Translations under genes and position numbers: made by a program
Shown: piece by piece, positions 38,560-53,059 of the stretch
Layout: the number at the start of each line of letters is the position of its first letter
How positions within the stretch are numbered: position 1 is the stretch's first letter
Notes under the pieces: generated by a model
What the model saw: only the letters and a program-made list of their open reading frames with translations
Database searches by the model: none
What the model was told of the DNA's origin: nothing
Assembly: GCA_043228905.1 (NCBI GenBank)
Contig: JBHGNT010000015.1
Span: 8,618,001-8,682,000 of the forward strand
DNA from: Azolla caroliniana
Taxonomy: Eukaryota; Plantae; Polypodiophyta
Length of the DNA stretch: 64,000 nucleotides
Direction: 5' to 3'

Positions 38560-41552
38560 GAAAAGACATCTGGCAAAAGATGAAGGAAGTCACGAATGAT
38601 CCAAACTTAAGGGATCCGAAGGCAATAGGTCATGTCTTCAAGGGAAGCTACGAGTTGGAAGGGAGGATTTCCTCCTCCCTACAGAGGAGTGAATGTTCCG
38701 CGGAATGCTTGAGAGACATGGGAAAGCCTTCGCTTTCTCTCCACAAGACATCGGTTGTGCCGACCCAAAGATTATAGAGCCGATGGTGATATTTACAGTG
38801 CCTCATGTACTTTGGAACCTCATGCCGATACCAGTTCCAAGAGCTCACACTCCAAATTTGATTGAGCTTCGAAAGGAAAAGGTTAAGATGGGGATTCTTG
38901 AGCCGTCGAATGCTCCCTACTCCAATAGATGGTTTACGGTGCCGAAGAAGAACGGGTCCTTGTGCTTTATTCAAGATCTCCAACCCATCAATAAGGTGAC
39001 AATCCGAAATGCCAGAATCGGTCCAAGTGTAGATGAATTTGTTGAGGCCTTCGCGGGAAGATCAATCTATTCGATTGGTGATCTCTACTCAGGCTATGAC
39101 CAGTTTCAATTGGCTGTCGATAGTAGAGACATAACGACAATGAGGATGCCAATCGGGTTGGTAAGGATGTGCACCTTACCCCAAGGTGCGACAAACTTCG
39201 TAGCCCACATGGTGAATGCCATGAACAAAGTGTTGAAGGATTGTATCCCTAATATCACAATGCCCTTCTGAGATGACATTTCGATCAAAGGATGCTTGGT
39301 GGAAGAAAAAGATGAATCGAAAGATCAAAATGGATGTCGGAGATTTGTATCAAACCATATAGAAGACTGTGAGAGAGTGCTACAAAGATTAGAAGGAGCC
39401 GGACTAATATTCTCCAGAGAAAAGTCGGCATTCGGCCAACACGAAGTCCCAGGAGTGGGACATCTTTGCGGACCATATGAACGGAAACCCTCTCCTGAGA
39501 AGGTGAATGCTATTCAAGACATGCGAGAAGAATGTATATCCTAGACATAGGTGCGAAGATTCTTGGGACCATGTGCCTTTTATTATATCTGGATTCCGTA
39601 CTATGATCACGTCGCCGAGCCATTCTATGCATTTCTAAAGAAAAGAAGGAAGTTCCAATGACGAGACGAGCATACAAACACGATGCGAAGATTGAAGAAA
39701 CTATTTCTTGAAGCTCCAGTGCTAAGAAAGGCCGACTATACCGGAGGAAAACCGATTTATGTGATTGTAGATACGAGCCCAACTGGAATTGGGTGAGTCA
39801 TCAACCAAGAAGGAGAATATAGTGCATAGTATGCGATCCGGTTTGGTGCAAAGGTTCTCAGCGAACGATAACAAAGATACGCCCAAGTCAAGCGGGAATT
39901 TTGGGGTATTGTGTCTGCAGTGAAGATGGACAAAAACTACCTAATCGGGTCGGAAGTGATCATTGAGATAGATTGTCTCCCAATCCTCGGGATGATCTCA
40001 AGATGTGCGACACTAGATCTAGCTATGCTAAGGTGGATCGCCTATATCAAATCTTTAAACCTAGAGATCCGCCACATTGTAGGCAAGAAGAATGTCATGG
40101 CTAACATGTTGTTGAGGGCAAGATTTGAGACTGAAAGTGACATGGTTTCAGAAGATAAAGACGTCATCCTTGACTTCCTTAAGATGGCACGACTATCAGC
40201 GGAAGACAAGGGCATGTTAACCCTCCACGCCTTCAACGAAAATGAGTACGAAGTAGAATGGTTAGTGATTGGTAGATTCTTAAGAACAATCATGGTGGAT
40301 GCTTCGTGGAAGGAGGAAGCTTTACGAATCCAGAAGAAAGCTTACCAATACATTCTAAAGGGAGGATTCCTCTAGCAACACCCGACGAGAAGGACAGGAA
40401 TGCCGCGTCGAGTAGTGGGGAAGAAAGAGGAGCAAGTAACCATGATGTCTGAATTCCACGAGAGTCCTTGGGCAGGTCAAAGAGGAACATGGTTGACATT
40501 CGAAAAGTTGAAGGAGAAATATTGGTGGCCATGCATGTAAAAAGACGTACTCCATTTCGTGTCCACATGCTAAACTTGCCAAGTACATTCGAACATATGT
40601 CATCGTGCTCAGTTACGGCCGACATACCCGCTTACCATACACTTCAAATGGATGGTGGATCTGGTCTCGATGCCAATGGGAGTGGGACAAATGAAGTACT
40701 TAGTATTGGCAAGAGAAGACCTAACAAATCAAGTGGAAGGACAGGCCTTGGCAAATAAGACAACGTCAACTGTTTGCAAATTTCTACTCAAAGAGGTCGT
40801 CTGCCGATACGGATGTGTGGGAAAGATAGTGTTTGACCGAGGGGAGCTGGATGCACACGAAGCAACGGAGCTCTTCGAATGACTAGGTGTGAAGCTCTCC
40901 CTCACGACTTCCTACAATCCAGAAGCGAATGGAAAGATCGATCGAGGGCATGGACCAATAGTCAAAGCCATCGTACGAGCATGCAACAGTCGAGTCAAGA
41001 ACTGGCCATGACTATTGCCCTATGCCTTGTGGGCTGAAGAAACTACACCCAGTTAATTGACAGGGTATATGCCAGCAGAGCTTATGTATGGACAGAAACC
41101 AGTAATGCCCATTGAAAGGACAATCGCCTCATGGGTAGTGATACCATGGGAGAACGAGATGAGCCGAGAAGAATTATTAGCATTGAAATAAGGTCCAAAG
41201 ATCTAGAAAAAATGTGAAAGATGATGGAGGCAGCCCGAGTGAAGAAGGAGATTGGGTATTAGTCTACGACAACAACCTTGACAATCAACACAGGACAATA
41301 ACAAAGTTTGCAAGAAGATGGTTCGGACCGTATATGGTGACTAGTGCCAACGACAATGCCACATACCATCTTGTAGAGCTAGACGGATCAAGGTTAGCCA
41401 TACCCATTGCGGGAAAAAGAGTGAAGATTTTCAAGAAAAGACAAGACGAGGGTCCTAACCTCGATCACCTCAACGATGAAGATAGTAGGAAGGAACCTGC
41501 AAACTTGAGCTATATGAACAAGGATGTGGAGGAATCTGATTGGTCATCGTAG
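38560..41552 (+). pseudogene. Gypsy B RT-RNase H-integrase, disrupted
   Basis: PYSNRWFTVPKKNG, DLYSGYDQF, VDTSPTGIG, YAQVKREF, LVLAREDLTNQVEG, YNPEANGK, RRWFGPY. Confidence 0.9.
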
Positions 41553-44500
41553 CCAAAATCTCACACTCTCTTCTTGGCACGTACCAGAGGACGTGCGGTT
41601 TGGTGGAGGTGGATGTCATGAAGATTTTCGGCATTAGTGTGAAAATTGCGAGGAACATAAAAAATTAAGTGTGGTTCTTCACACACGATATGAAACAATA
41701 GTTGTAAGGTATTATTTTAAATTAGTTTAATATCTTGGTACGAAAAGACGGATATGAAACAAACAACTAAATATCAAGTTATGTGAGTGTGAAGTTTGAG
41801 AAGAAGAGGAAAACAAAACTGTGAGATATCCCACATAGATAGGACACATCAGGATCCTAGAGTATATAAGGAGATCCAAAACTTCTTATTTTATTTCTCT
41901 ATGTATAAAGCATAGAATGGTTGGGTGATTCAAACCACATTGTTCGACTAGACAAATGTGGATGTATTGCTTGGATTGGTTTTGGCTCGATCAGGACACG
42001 CTTGCACGACACAGTCCAGTCGGGACACGTGTGTGCGCACGGTCATGGCGCACGGCTCGGTGGGGACATAGGTGCGTGCATGGCTCGTTCAAGATGCGGG
42101 AGCGCGCATGGTTCGGTCGGAACACGTGTGTGCGCACAATCGTGGTGCATGGCTCGATCTGGGTTCGCACAGCTCTGTCGCGGTTCGGTCGCGACGGATG
42201 CACAACTCAGTCGTGACGTGACTAAATCCTAGTAAAAAAAACAAAATTGTATAAAAGGGGGTGCAAGTAAGAATTTGAACCTTGCACCTCCTAGATAGGA
42301 GCCAATTAACTTACCATTTAACCAAGTCATTTCCTTATATCTTCTTCCTCAAATCGAAAATCAAGGGTTCAATCTCTATCTCAATCTATCTTAAATACAT
42401 TCTCGCTAAAGCTAGTACAAACTTCGATTCCTTCCGGTCTAGGAGCCCAGTAGTTTCACCTCACGATCCGCACATAGTGACGGATTTTTACGACACCACA
42501 ATCTCTTAGTATTGAGCCTCATCTACTTGTCCATGGCAGTCTTGTTCTCTTGCTTATGCTCTCACTCTCTCTTAGTCTTTAGCCTCATCCACCCATTTGT
42601 GACAGTTGGGTTGTCTACTCATAAGGCCCATCTCCGCTTTATCATTGTTGCGAGTGCGGCGCTTCTCGACCCGTTGGTTTCTCCGTGTTGGTGTCTACTT
42701 CAGTTGCCTCCATAGATTCATTCGATTCAATCAGATGTGCCCTCGAAATCGAATATTTTGAATGAATTGGGTACATCTTATTCATTTTGCTCTCGACCGA
42801 AACGGTTGTCTCCGATTCATCTTCTTCCTTTACAGAGTTGGATGTCTTCACCTCACCTTTAACCTTCAAACCCTTCACCACGTCGGACCATGATCGGGTG
42901 TTGGCCTTCTCGTTCCAGTCGGCTTTGTCCTCCTTGACTCTACCGCCATCACCGCTTGTTCCGACTTGTTCGGATGTACCAACTTCTTTAGTCGACTCGG
43001 CTCCGTTTTTCTTCCTGTCTCCCCCCGCTTCGTTTGTTTCCTTCTCTCCAGTGCCACTTCTTGCTTTCCCAGTTTCCATTCCAGTTCCAGTTCTTCCCAA
43101 TTGAGAATCGAACTCAACTTCCCATAGATAGGTTTCACACTAGCTCATGGACATTCCAGGCTAGTGTTGTAAATATGTAGAAAGGACGCTTGCCCTAGCT
43201 TAGTTGGTATATAAACCAACTCATTGTAACTTAGTCACTGTTGGATGTTTTATGCTTTGATACAATTTATCTATCTCTGTCGTAAGAGCTCTCTCACTCT
43301 CTCTCTATCTATCTTGTGACACACACACACACACACACACACTCATCTTCCGTTGCATTACAACCACTCTTGCCTCCTCTTTTCTTTACATGGTATCAGA
43401 GCGTGTGGTTGCCTAATCAAGCATTTTTGACTGTGTTGTGTTGCACGCCGACGATCAACAGAACCGGCCCATCGATAGAGAAGAAATCACCATTAATACT
43501 CAAATGCGAAGCGCTCTTCCTACCGAGAAGCTCGACAGAACGAACTTTGCATCTTGGGAATACAAGATGCATCAATATATTGTCGGACAAGGTAACTTGA
43601 GCTACATCGAAGGAGCTCACGAATCACACCCCAACCCAACACACGTCGACTATCCCGCTTGGGAGCAGGTCGTAAGCCATTTGCTGTATTGCCTTGCATC
43701 ATGCGTTCATGATCACATGCTTGGCTACATTCAAGAGGAAAAAACGCCAAAGCAGGTGTGCGAAAATCTCAAAAAGATTTTTGCAATTAACACGACTGCA
43801 CACAAGCTCTAGCTCCGTCAGGAGCTGAATAGCATCGAACAGAGGGAACAGCCTCAGCAAAATGGCGTAGCAGAGCGTAAAAATCGCCATATAGTAGAAG
43901 TCGCACGAGCCATGATGAATGAGAAGAACCTACCGAAATCATATTGGGCAGAAACGGGAACACGGCCGTATACCTCATGAATAGGTGCACAACCTCAGGA
44001 GTACACGATATAACTCCGCATGAGAAGTTCTTCGGAAAGAAGCCGGACTTGTCACATGTCCGCATTTTCGGTTCTATCGCCTACGTACATATTCCCGATG
44101 ATACGCGGGAAAAGCTTGACCCAAAGTCGGAGAAATGTATCCTCGTAGGATACTCACTTGAACAGAAGGGGTACAAATGCTACAACCCATCTACCCGTAA
44201 GGTTCGAACAAGTCGAGACGTAGTCTTCGACGAATGCGCATCCTGGTACGCACCAGAGAACACTACGACTCCTACCCTGCTCGATGCAGATGACACCGAA
44301 ATAAGAATAGAAGCCGAAGATCGTCTCACGCATATGCACAAAGAAAGTCCAATTTTGACATGGCTAAGCGGACCACAAGAGCCCCCAAGTGATCAATGCA
44401 CATCTCGGCCAAGGACACTGCTAGACAAAGGCAAGGAAAAAATGTAGGAGTATGAAGATCATTTCGATCTCGACAATGAGGTCGAAGGCCTTGACATCCA

Positions 44501-45555
44501 CACGGACGGTGTGAAGAAACCACTAGAATTTACAAATGACAAGCCACACCGATCCACACACGAGAAGAACCGCGTAAACCGCTACGGCTACAACGAGTAC
44601 ATGGCGTATCATTACGCATTCATGATGAAGGTATCGTCAGTACAGGAACTGTAAACGCTTTCCGAAGCTACAAAGGATCCACGATAAGTCAACGCGATGA
44701 ATGAGGAGATGGAAGCGTTATGCAAAAACGAGACATGGGATCTCGTTCCTCACCCCCCGAACAAGAAACCAATTGGTTGCAGGTGGATTTACAAGGTGAA
44801 GCACAATGTCGATGGTTCCGTAAATCGCTTCAAAGCATGGTTCGTTGCAAAAGGCTATGCACAGACACACAACATAGACTACGAAGAAAACTTTGCCCCA
44901 GTGGCAAAGATGACGACAGTACGGAGCGTAATCGCACTAGCAGCAGCAAAAGGGTGGCACCTCCATCAGATGGACGTGAAAAACGCCTTCCTCCAAGGAG
45001 AGCTTGAAGAAGAGGTGTATATGACACAACCACCCAGATTCGAATCGCGTAATCATGCACACGCCGTATGCCGACTCAAGAAGCCACTCTACGGACTCAA
45101 ACAAGCACCACGTGCTTGGCATTCGAAGATCACACAGTATCTTCACCAAGTCGGATTTCGGATGTCAAAATCTGACACCTCTCTGTACATCCGAAACGAG
45201 TCGAATAGCCTGATCATCATCATCCTATATGTGGATGATTTGGTCATCGGAGGAAAAGATCTTGCCGAGATCAACAAAGTCAAATCACTTCTTTCCGGCA
45301 GATTCGAAATGAAAGACTTACACAAGCTCCATTACTTCCTAGGTATTGAAGTAATTCGGACACCAGTCAGAATAATGATCTCTCAACGGCACTACATTCT
45401 CAACTTACTCTACAAGTTCGGAATGACCAAGTGCAAACCTGTGTCTACCCCACTTGATCGTAATCTCAAGATCGATGCCAATTCCGGTACCGTTGAGAGC
45501 GAGCCAACTCAGTATCGACAATTGATCGGTAGTTTGATCTATCTGACCATTACGT

Positions 45556-46829
45556 TGTCGTGTGGTTTTTCACACACGATATGAAAACTAGTAAAATAAT
45601 TATTTACGATTAACTTAATATATTGATATGGAAAGATAGATGTGTTCAAGAGCTTCATAGCGTATTTTACTACGCATAAAACGGATAAACAAGTATCAAG
45701 TTATGTGAGTGTGAAGTTTGAAGAAAAGAAAAGAAAAGACAAAACTGTGAGATATCCCACATAGATAGCACAACATTGGAACCCAGAATATATAACGGAA
45801 ACCAAAACATATTCATTCTATCAATGTGTGGAGCATAGAATTTTCAAGGTGACTTGGGCTACACTATGTGGTGTGCACGCTTCGGGCATACGCACATGTT
45901 CATGGCCGCGTGGATGTTTTTGGACGTACGTGCGCATGGACGTCTTCGGATGTATGCGCGTGTGCAAGTTTCGGGCGTACGTGTGGACGTTTCGGACGGA
46001 CGCGTATGTGCGGACGAGCGCGCGCACGCGCGTATGCGTGGATGCGTACACTACGGCGCGGTCGAGAATTTTGCACGCGAATGCGTACACGGTGCGAGTT
46101 GGACCCGCGCGCGCGTGGATGCGTACACTACGGCGCGGTCGGGACTTTTGCGCGCGGACACGTCTACGGTTTGGTTGCGACGCACGTACGGATTGCACAC
46201 GGGCTAAACTTTATGGATGATTGTGTCATTTGGCCGAATTATACGGACAATCGCATGCAACCAAAAGCCAAGGCCATGCAACTAAAAGTAAAAGGCATGC
46301 ATCTAAAAATGGAAGCATGCAACTAAAAGCAGAGGCCATGCAGCTAAAAATAGAGGCCATCCAACTAAAAGTGGGCATGCAAAGTAACATTGGGAAGGAG
46401 GATCAACGAGGAGCTTGATATATGTCCCATTTTTTCCCTCCTAGTTTTTTTTTTCCCCCCTTTTTTTCTTCTTCCCTCTCGGATTCAAGAAACAAATTAT
46501 CTCACATATTGAGATCAAACTCCTAGCTTTGTTTACTTGATCTTTCTTGTCAAAAATTATCTCTAGTATTCATATCGGACCACTCCTTGCATGGTTGTTG
46601 GCTCCTTTCTTTAAAAAATTAATCTCTCATTTCCATACCCAACCCATTGTAACACGATTCTGAAATTACAAAGAATCGATTTTCTTTTGCAATAAACTAA
46701 TGATTTGTCTCTCTCACTTGTCTTATGCTTAAAACTTGCTTGTGTTGTACATGTTGCTCTAAATCCTTCTAGTCCAGAACCCCGGCGGTTCCGTCTCACG
46801 ATCCGCACATAGTGACAGATTTCACAACA
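45556..46829 (+). mobile_element. Solo LTR of the Trp-primed gypsy group inserted in copia RT
   Basis: TGTCGTG..CACAACA with ends homologous to the LTR at 28036-29140. It splits LTI|TRPEL and has a 4-bp ACGT/ACGC duplication. Confidence 0.88.
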
Positions 46830-47181
46830 ACGCGACCCGAGCTCAGTTATTCAGTCGGCCTACTTAGCCAATTTATGCAGGATCCGCGAAATTTTCATCT
46901 GGACTACGGTAAGAGGATACTTCGGTATGTCAGTACGACAATGGACTACGGCGTTATGTACAAGACCAATGCGATCATTCGACTCGAAGGGTACACAGAC
47001 GCGGACTGGGCAGGATACAAAGCGGATAGACAATCCACATCTGATTCATCTTCTCCCTCGGCAGTGGAGCGATCTCCTGGAGCAGCAAGAAAAAGTTGAC
47101 AATCACACTGTCAAGCACAGAAGCCGAATACAGGGGCGCGGCAGTCACCGCATGCGAAGCCACATGGCTTAAGCGTATACT

Positions 47182-47362
47182 AAAAGATCTAGGCGTACCC
47201 ATCAAAGATCCAATATGCCTGTACTGCGAAAACATGAGCAACAAAGATCTGGGCATACCCATCAAAGATCCAATATGCCTCTACTGCGAAAACATGAGCA
47301 ACAAAGATCTGGGCATACCCATCAAAGATCCAATATGCCTGTACTGCGAAAACATGAGCAAC
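47182..47362 (+). repeat. 60-bp in-frame triplication in copia RNase H
   Basis: KDLG(V/I)PIKDPICLYCENMSN repeated three times. Confidence 0.95.
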
Positions 47363-48865
47363 ATTTACCTCGCGCGTAACCCCGTATTTCACGCGTGGAC
47401 TAAACACATTGAAGTGCACTACCACTTCATCCACAAGCACGTCTAGGCCGGAAAATTGACCTCTAACACATCAGCACGCACCTACAAGTCAATAATATCT
47501 TTACGAAGGCCTTAGGCATCGACAACCTCGGGAAATTTGCATCGGATCTTGGTCTCACATCGCCCACATTGCCGAGCTTGAGGGGGAGTACGCAGACGCA
47601 GTACGGATAACGCAACGCGGATAGGCTACACAATACGCAACACAACCGACTAGAAAAGTCAAAGTACGAACCGAACGACTTTTTGACAGATGGAAGTTGA
47701 GTTCGAAGGGGCGTGTTGAGAATCGAACTCAACTTCCCATAGATAGGTTTCACACTAGCTCATGGACATTCCAGGCTAGTGTTGTAAATAAGTAGAAAGG
47801 GTGCTTGCCCTAGCTTAGTTGGTATATAAACCAACTCATTGTAACTTAGTCACTATTGGATGTTTTATGCTTTGATACAGTTTATCTATCACTGTCGTAA
47901 GAGCTCTCTCTCTCTCACTCTCTCACTCTCTATCTTGTGACACACACACACACACTCATCTTCCGCTGCATTACAACCACTCTTGCCTCCTCTTTTCTTT
48001 ACATTCCCCTTAAGTGCAACATTTCGAGATTCTACAGACCAAGCATCTCTGAAAAATGTTGCAGCTTATCAGTTCCAACGGCCTTCGTGAAGATGTCAGC
48101 ACCATGTCGATCCATCCAGACATACCAGAGTTCTACTTCATCGTTGATGACTCGATCACGCACAAAGTGATCATGCACTTCTATGTGTTTCGTCCGAGCA
48201 TGGAACCCGGGGTTCTTGGCTAGCTGCATGTTGCTCATGTTGTCACAGTAGATTGGGATCGGAGTCAGTACTTTGATCCGGAGGTCTTGTGGCAACCGCT
48301 GAAGCCAGATAGCTTCATAGGTGGCAACGGTAGTGCCCCGATACTCAGCCTCTGTGCTCGAACGAGCCACTGTCGGCTGCTCCACACAACAATTGCGCTA
48401 TCGAGAGAAAACAGGCCTCAGTAGGTAGGATGACCAAGGAAGGAACCCAGGAGCTGAAAGAAGATGAAGCCTGGGAGCTGAAAGAAGAAGAGGTGACACG
48501 CCCCAACCCAGAGTTAGAGGAAGTGGTTGAACGAACCAAAGAGCCAAAGTAGGAGGAAGTGGCTCTGGGATCCATAGTGGTAACTCAAGACCAAAAACTC
48601 GATTTGTCGGCTTAGTTACACGCAGATGAGCCAAAACATGAGGAGGCAACTCAAAAGCCGGCGGAACAACCTGAAGCCCAAGAGAATACAGAGCAAAGGG
48701 CCGATCTCACACCAAGGAAATCAAAGCAACCGGAGGGCATCACATCAATTTTGGAAGAAGACTGAGTGTACATTAGCATTTTTTCAACTCTTTTGAATAA
48801 CAATATTCTCAAATTCTCGATTTCGATTTTTTTGGAGCAATTTTTGGGTTCAACGTTTTAGGCAC

Positions 48866-49281
48866 TGTCCCATGGACGTGCGAGGTGTTATCCGTGGGAC
48901 AAAGGGCACTAGGTGTGAAACTAATCTAAAGAGACGAGTAGGTCAAGTAGGTAAAAAGGGAATTGACCGAGCACTCGCAACCGAGGAAGGTGGAATGAAA
49001 TACATACAGCCGAGAATAAAGGCCGTGAAATTAGGAGGAAGTAGCTCAAGTGCACCAAGGAGAGAAGAGGCTATATAAATTGAGGAACAACAGAAGGAAA
49101 GGACGAGGGGAATATATGCATAGGTTATGTTCTAGAGAGAGAGTGTGTGTGTGACTAATATAAATTGCATGTGTTGCCTTATAATCGATTTTATCCAGTA
49201 ATCAATATACATACTTTTTGGGTCATCTTTGTGTCTGTTTCCATAATTTGTACTTTCGATTCCTAAGTCGTAAGTGGAACA
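48866..49281 (+). mobile_element. Putative solo LTR
   Basis: TGTCCCA..TGGAACA termini with an internal TATATAAAT. No TSD. Confidence 0.35.
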
Positions 49282-49334
49282 CCAGTTGTGGTTGGCCATC
49301 ATTTAGCAATTCAACCTACTCGACCCTGTCATAG

Positions 49335-50881
49335 TGTTGGGAAACATGTCCCTCCGGATGGGAAGAGAAGGACCGTATCGGTGAGTATCTCGGTTGAGAC
49401 CACTGGACCATACGAAAATCCGAGTGTTGAAAAAGACTTTGAGAAAATCATTCTCGATGAAGGATATGGGTCCAGCAAAGCAAATCATGGGGATCCACAT
49501 TGTTCAGGATTGAACAAAGAAACTGTTGTGTCTGTCACAAGAAAAATACTTGACAAAGGTGCTCTAGTGATTCAGTATGGAAAGCGCGAAACTGGTCAGC
49601 TTGACATTGTCGATGAATTGCAAGCTAAGCAAAGAACAATGTCTGAAATCGAAAACCGAGAAGGCCAAGATGTCAAGGTTCCTTATGCCTTGGCAGTCGG
49701 AAGCCTAATGTACAGGATGGTATGTACTAGGCCAGACATAGGATATGCAATTGGCATGGTTACCCGATACATGAGCAACCCCGGAAGAGAGCATTGGGCT
49801 GCTATGAAGTGGATACTTCGGTACCTAAAAGGCACCTCGAACGCGTGTCTTCATTTCAATTTAGGTAACCCCACACTGGAAAGTTATACTGACTCGAACA
49901 TGTCAGTTGATGTGGATACCACCCGATCCACATCTGGGTACGTAATGACTTATGCAGGGGGAGCCGTTTCGTGGCAATCGCGGTTGCAGAAGGCCGTGGC
50001 GTTGTCAGCCACGGAAGTTGAATATATGGCCGTAGTGGAAGCCGGTAAGGAAATCATATGGATGAAGGAGTTTATCAATGAGCTGGGAATTCGGTAGGAG
50101 GAATTCGAACTCCATTGTGATAACCAGAGTTTCATCCACCTTGCGAAAAATGCCGCCTACCACTCGAGGACCAAACACATCCAGAGAAGATATCATTGGA
50201 ACCGAGAGTGAGTACAAGAAAAGGAGTTTGCTCTGGTGAAGATCCACACGGCCGAAAATGGATCGGATATGTTGAAGAAGGTGTTGTCAGCCAAAAAGCT
50301 AAATGCATGGCAACGGAGAGTCGGTTTGATGAAGTACCCCATGCCGGAGTGAAGGGGGAGTTTGTTGGGAAACATGTCCTTTTTGATAGGCCGAGGCGGA
50401 AACCGAAACCGAAATTGAAATCGTAAACCGAAACCGTAATCGTTTCGGAAGACTATAATTGTAAATAGTCTAAAATGCCCTTGTGGGTTATACTTGTGAA
50501 TAGCCAGAAAGTTGCTTTTGTTTATAAGAAACTAGGGTAAACTTTAATCAGGAAGTAGTTAATCATTATTGAGAAAAGTTAGAACGAGGTGATTGCCTCT
50601 ATAACCGTGAGTGAGAGAGTGAAAGTGTAACTGTGTAGCCGTCTGTCAGACGAAGGAGAACTCGAGGTCATTGCCTCCGAGTTCCGTATTTGTACTTCCT
50701 CTCTACTATAGTGATCTATTTTCTTGGGGTTTGTGGACCCCCATGGTTTTTCCCATTTCGGGTTTTCCACGTAATATATCAGTGTCTCTGTGTCTACACG
50801 TTTTTCTGTCTGTGTACTACTTCTTGTTCTCTACACACAAATACGAACGTGAAATTGATTGTGGCCGATCGATTTCTAACA
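49335..50881 (+). mobile_element. Internally deleted Tork-like copia (LTR stub, RT/RH, 3' LTR 50363-50881; TSD CATAG/CATAA)
   Basis: TGTTGGGAAACATGTCC at both 49335 and 50363; VPYALAVGSLMY..GGAVSWQSRLQK; PPT present. Confidence 0.85.
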
Positions 50882-52687
50882 CATAATCCCCTATGCCACC
50901 ACGATTCCTTGACCCAATTACTCAGGGGAGTAATCGAAGGTGTTTCTCCAAGAAGGAGATAATAGCCACCTTCGCCATGTACGCATAATGATGTGCCATA
51001 TAGCCATTGTACCCGTACCAAACTACGGGGTCCTTTTGGCAAGTTGATTAGCACAACTTTTGCTTTGCTGATTTCATGGCCCTCTTGGTCAACTCCATCC
51101 TCAACTCGTGAGGACTATCTTCACTCTTGGTCGCATCACATTCACGCTGATCCAACGCATTGGCCTCTGTGCCATATTCCAGCATCTTCATCTTCCCCTT
51201 CTCCTTGCGCGTGAGCCGTCTCCTCGGCTTCTAGCATAAGGACTGCATGGACGAGTCTTCAATACTCGTCGACTCCTCATCTGACCGGTCGTTCTAACTC
51301 AGTCTCTCATTCGGCCCACTCAGCCAAAATGAGATCAGACTCCGCTCTTGAGTTTTGATTTCTTATTCATCCAAGGGTATCTTGAACTCACTAGCCTTAT
51401 CCCTAGCAATCAGCTCGGAGTCTTCAGGGATCGGAGATGGAAGGGAGTACCAAGATGCTAATTCGTCAAAGACGACATTGCATCTCACCTGCACTTGCTT
51501 TGTCCGGGGGTTGTAACACTTGTACCCCTTTTGCTCATGGGAATAGCTGACCAAGATACACTTCTTGGCCTTGGCATCCAGATTCCTTCATCTCTCGTTC
51601 GATATATACACATATGCAATACTACCGAACCCCCTAAGGTGTGCCAAATTCGGCTTTCACCTGAAATAGAGCTCGTGCGGCGACCCCTCTACTTTGGGAT
51701 TAGAGGTCTGATTCTATATATAGAGGGTCGTCCGGATTGCCTTAGCCCAATAGATCTTGGGCATGCTCTTCTCCTCCAGTATTGTCGTGGCCGCTTCTAC
51801 CATTGTTCGGTTCCGTCTCTCGGCCATGCCCATTTGCTCCGGCGTGTATCTATAGGAGAACTCCCTCCGGATTCCCTTTGTCTGCAAATAGCTTTTGAAC
51901 TTTGCCTCGTCCCAATAGATCTTGGGCATGCTCTTCTCCTCCAGCATTGTTGTGGCCACTTCTAACATTGTCCAGTTTCGTCTCTCAGCCACGCCCTTCT
52001 GCTCCGGCATGTATCTGCAGGAGAACTCCCTCTGGATTCCCTTCGTATGTAGATAGCTCGTGATTTGGCCAGAAAAGCATTCTTTTCCACCATCCGACCT
52101 TAGACACTTGATCTTTCTTTCGGTCTCCCATTCGACAAGGTTCTTTAAGTCCCAAAAACATGAGAAGACTTTGGCCTAAAGTCGTCTAAAGTGTCGGCTA
52201 AAGTCGTCAATGAAGGAGACGACGTATCGACTCCCCCCCATGCTCACGTAACTTTCCGGTGCCCATGCATCCATGTGGATTAGGTCGAGCCCATTCTAAC
52301 TCCGATTCTTCTCATTTGCGAATGGAAGCCTATGTTGCTTCCCGAGGTGGCAAGCTTCACAGGCTTGCCCTTTCCGGCCATTGAACTTCGGCAGTCCGAA
52401 TACCACCTGTTTTGACTACATTTCTTGAAGCTTCGGAAAATTGAAGTGGTTGATCTGCTTTCGATGTCAGATTTGACCTTCTGTCCTTTTGTAAACATTG
52501 TGGCACCAACATCATTGGTCTCGAGGATAAACATCCTCCCGTCTCTACGCCCACGCGTGATCAGCCAACCCTCGTCCTCGATGAAGTGGTTGAGGTGATT
52601 GAATCGTACCTACATCCCTTGATCGGCGATTTGACCAACGAATACCAAATTTTTCCCAATTGTCGGAGCATGCAATACATTCTACAT
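50882..52687 (-). pseudogene. Copia integrase region with an internal tandem duplication
   Basis: MFILE..GQK, CEACHLGKQ, and PEQxGxAERRN..EKSMPKIYW twice; same family as 3028-6580. Confidence 0.85.
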
Positions 52688-53045
52688 TGTTGGGAGACAG
52701 GTCCCTCCGGATGGGAAGGGAGAAGAACAGTGCTGATGAGCAAACTCGGCCGAAACCGGATGAGGAGTACCCGGCTACGAAGAGCCGGATGATGCAGACC
52801 CGGTGAAGACCAGATGAGGAGTACCCGACTACGGAGAGCCGGATGATACAGACCCGGTGAAGACCAGATGAGGAGTATCCGGTTACAGAGAACCAGATGG
52901 TACAGACCCGGTGAGAACCGGATGAAGAGACATATTCGTAAATATGTTTTTGAGAGTCCATCGAGGCTATATTTGTAAATAGCCGAAAAGTCATATTAGT
53001 ATAAATATGACTTAGGGCAAACTTTTATATAGTTAGTTGTCATTC
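52688..53045 (+). mobile_element. Truncated Tork-like LTR containing 54-bp tandem repeats
   Basis: Starts TGTTGGGAGACAGGTCCCTCCGGATGGG; GATGAGGAGTA.. recurs at 52759, 52813 and 52867. Confidence 0.75.
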
Positions 53046-53059
53046 TTGTTGGAAAAATC

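Larger units (their letters stand above)
28036..42495 (+). mobile_element. Gypsy element B (Trp-primed): LTRs 28036-29140 and 41614-42495, carrying nested insertions
   Basis: Homologous LTRs TGTC(G/A)TG..TACGACA with CCGC/CCAC flanks. gag at 29180-29940 and 33211-34650; pol at 34655-35072 and 38560-41550 (RT, RH, IN). Confidence 0.88.
43099..48003 (+). mobile_element. Copia element, internally deleted (LTRs 43099-43390 and 47714-48003; TSD TTCCC)
   Basis: Near-identical 290-bp LTRs and iMet PBS TGGTATCAGAGC at 43391-43402. gag is fused to IN at ~43845; RT at 44697-45555 and RH at 46830-47580. Confidence 0.93.
42505..48390 (-). mobile_element. Minus-strand copia RH tail (48004-48390) and 3' extension (42505-43098), split by a nested copia
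   Basis: [30 protein letters not shown]; the extension is homologous to 26720-27480. Confidence 0.78.

Noticed and set aside
52728-52765. Second hammerhead-like match CTGATGAG..CGAAAC
   Set aside because: There is no stable stem II, no NUH triplet after stem III and no stem I; it is a chance match in a copia LTR.
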